The notes under the pieces: model-generated
The model's input: the letters and a program-made list of their open reading frames with translations, nothing else
What the model was told of the DNA's origin: nothing
The model's database searches: none
From: Pseudogymnoascus verrucosus
Lineage: Eukaryota
Length of the DNA stretch: 64,000 nt
Assembly: GCA_001662655.1 (NCBI GenBank)
Contig: KV460219.1
Strand: one strand, 5' to 3'
In this document: positions 62,741-64,000 of the stretch, piece by piece
How the letters are laid out: each line of letters starts with the position of its first letter
Position numbering within the stretch: the first letter of the stretch is position 1
Position numbers and translations under genes: made by a program

Positions 62741-63186
62741 CAAGAGTACCATAAGGTAGCAAAGCCATCCCCTCGTCCTTGCATATACAAATAATATCAC
62801 GCTTAAAATATCGCATCGCTACATTCCACTTTCCCTAGTAGACTGTAAATTAGCGGAGACTATAATCACGTGCATACTAGTTGGCTTTCGCAACGGCCTA
62901 GGCGGGAGATTCAGAGATGCCGAGATACATGACCTTTCTAGAGACAACAAGGTCGTTAAGACTATGCATCAGTTCGGGAATGGTGGTAGCGTAGTCCTAC
63001 TAGTGTAGATACAGCAAGTCTATGTAAGAGGTACACAAACATTAATTAATCATAATAGCAAGATATTAAATAGAAATAAAGCACTCATATCCTTGACTTG
63101 GTGGTCATTCAGCCTTTAGCTGCTAAATTTTCCTTACACACAGCTCATAAAACAGTAAATAAACAGACGATTGCTCCAATGATTAA

Positions 63187-64000
63187 TCATGTCTCCTGCC
63201 CAAAGGGTGGGTAAGCAGGGGCTTCTGCCCCATTGCACGAATATTGAACAATGTATGGATTGGGAACACTGTTCGGGCCCAAAATCACCGTCCCATCTGG
63301 CGCTGTCACACTTATAGCTTCATTGGAACCAGTCTGGGCATTAGCATATACAATGCGGAGCGCATAATACTGTCCCGCTTGCAGTTCCTTTGTGAATGAT
63401 ATGAGTTGTCCTGACGTTGGGCTGTACCATGCATCCTCTAGATCCGCATCCGCTCTAGTCCACCCAGAATATGCTTTTGGACCTATCCAGTAGAGTACAA
63501 TTTCATCGGCAAGGAGTGAGGTGAAGGTATATTGACCGCCTTGCAAAGCGTGGATGTAACCGCGGTGGTTAAGGGCAAAGTAGTCAGGCGTAAATGTCCC
63601 AGGAGAACCGTAAATATGAAGCGGTGATCCCCCGTCCCCGGATAGAGCCATGTAGGTTGTAGTGCTTGTATAGGTTGGGGTCAGGGTTTTCAAAAGGGAA
63701 GGGTCGAAGCTTGAATAACTCGTGCCAGGCAAATTCTCTTGTTGGTCAGGGTTAACATAGTAGGCCCACTCCATGCCGGAGTTGCTGACACATGCCCCTT
63801 GGCAGCATGTAGTAAGACTAGAGCACTGATAGTTTAGAGACACGAAATTAGTAGTCTAGTCTTGATATAGAATAAACATCAGTCTGGCTTACTTGATTAC
63901 CACACGCGCCACAGTTGCTTGGGTCACTAGAGGTATCCACACAGCGCTTATCACAAAGCTCCTCAGAGGCAATTTTCTTGCAAGGGCCGCATTCATAGCA
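63187..64000 (-). CDS. 3' part of a Cys-rich STIG1-like plus GLEYA/PA14-domain protein, 5' end outside the window
   Basis: Intron 63892-63826 joins CVDTSSDPSNCGACGNQ|CSSLTTCCQGAC to GMEWAYY..ALNHRGY..ADE..WIGPKAYSGWTRADA..GQYYALRIVYANA. Confidence 0.82.

Noticed and set aside
1..64000. CRISPR arrays, rRNA, intact transposons, Starship captain, PKS/NRPS backbone
   Set aside because: No supporting repeat-spacer structure or protein motifs seen in the window.

Overview
Intron-containing genomic DNA from a filamentous ascomycete. The gene content and the C-rich/G-rich gene polarity suggest a Leotiomycete such as Pseudogymnoascus, but that is inference. About 23 intact-looking protein genes, one tRNA-Gly(GCC) and several decayed relics fall into three blocks. 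(1) Left accessory block, 1-24 kb: NADAR gene, broken SRPK-like kinase, PTH11/rhodopsin-type membrane protein, a complete MAL-type cluster (Zn2Cys6 regulator, GH13 alpha-glucosidase, maltose permease), a pogo/Fot1 transposase scrap, and an SDR-RTA1-P450-aryl alcohol dehydrogenase group. (2) Housekeeping block, 24.5-49.8 kb: Tim17-like gene, PUT1, an orphan-looking RRM protein, a Zn2Cys6 TF, CGI121, kinesin-8, an F-box-like gene, TIM50 and the tRNA. (3) Right accessory block, 50-64 kb: repeat relics around a dead secreted-protein gene, a P450, a divergent GH26 mannanase/GH27 alpha-galactosidase pair and a partial STIG1-GLEYA gene. The most notable items are not evident from the ORF track: a 5-exon RRM protein with an eRF3-style overlapping double PAM2 motif and an LRGG site, a dead alpha-pheromone-like precursor between the two CAZymes, a duplicated ubiquitin-tail-like motif in the F-box-like protein, and a 508-nt stem-rich intron. 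All family assignments come from reading motifs by eye; no searches were run.
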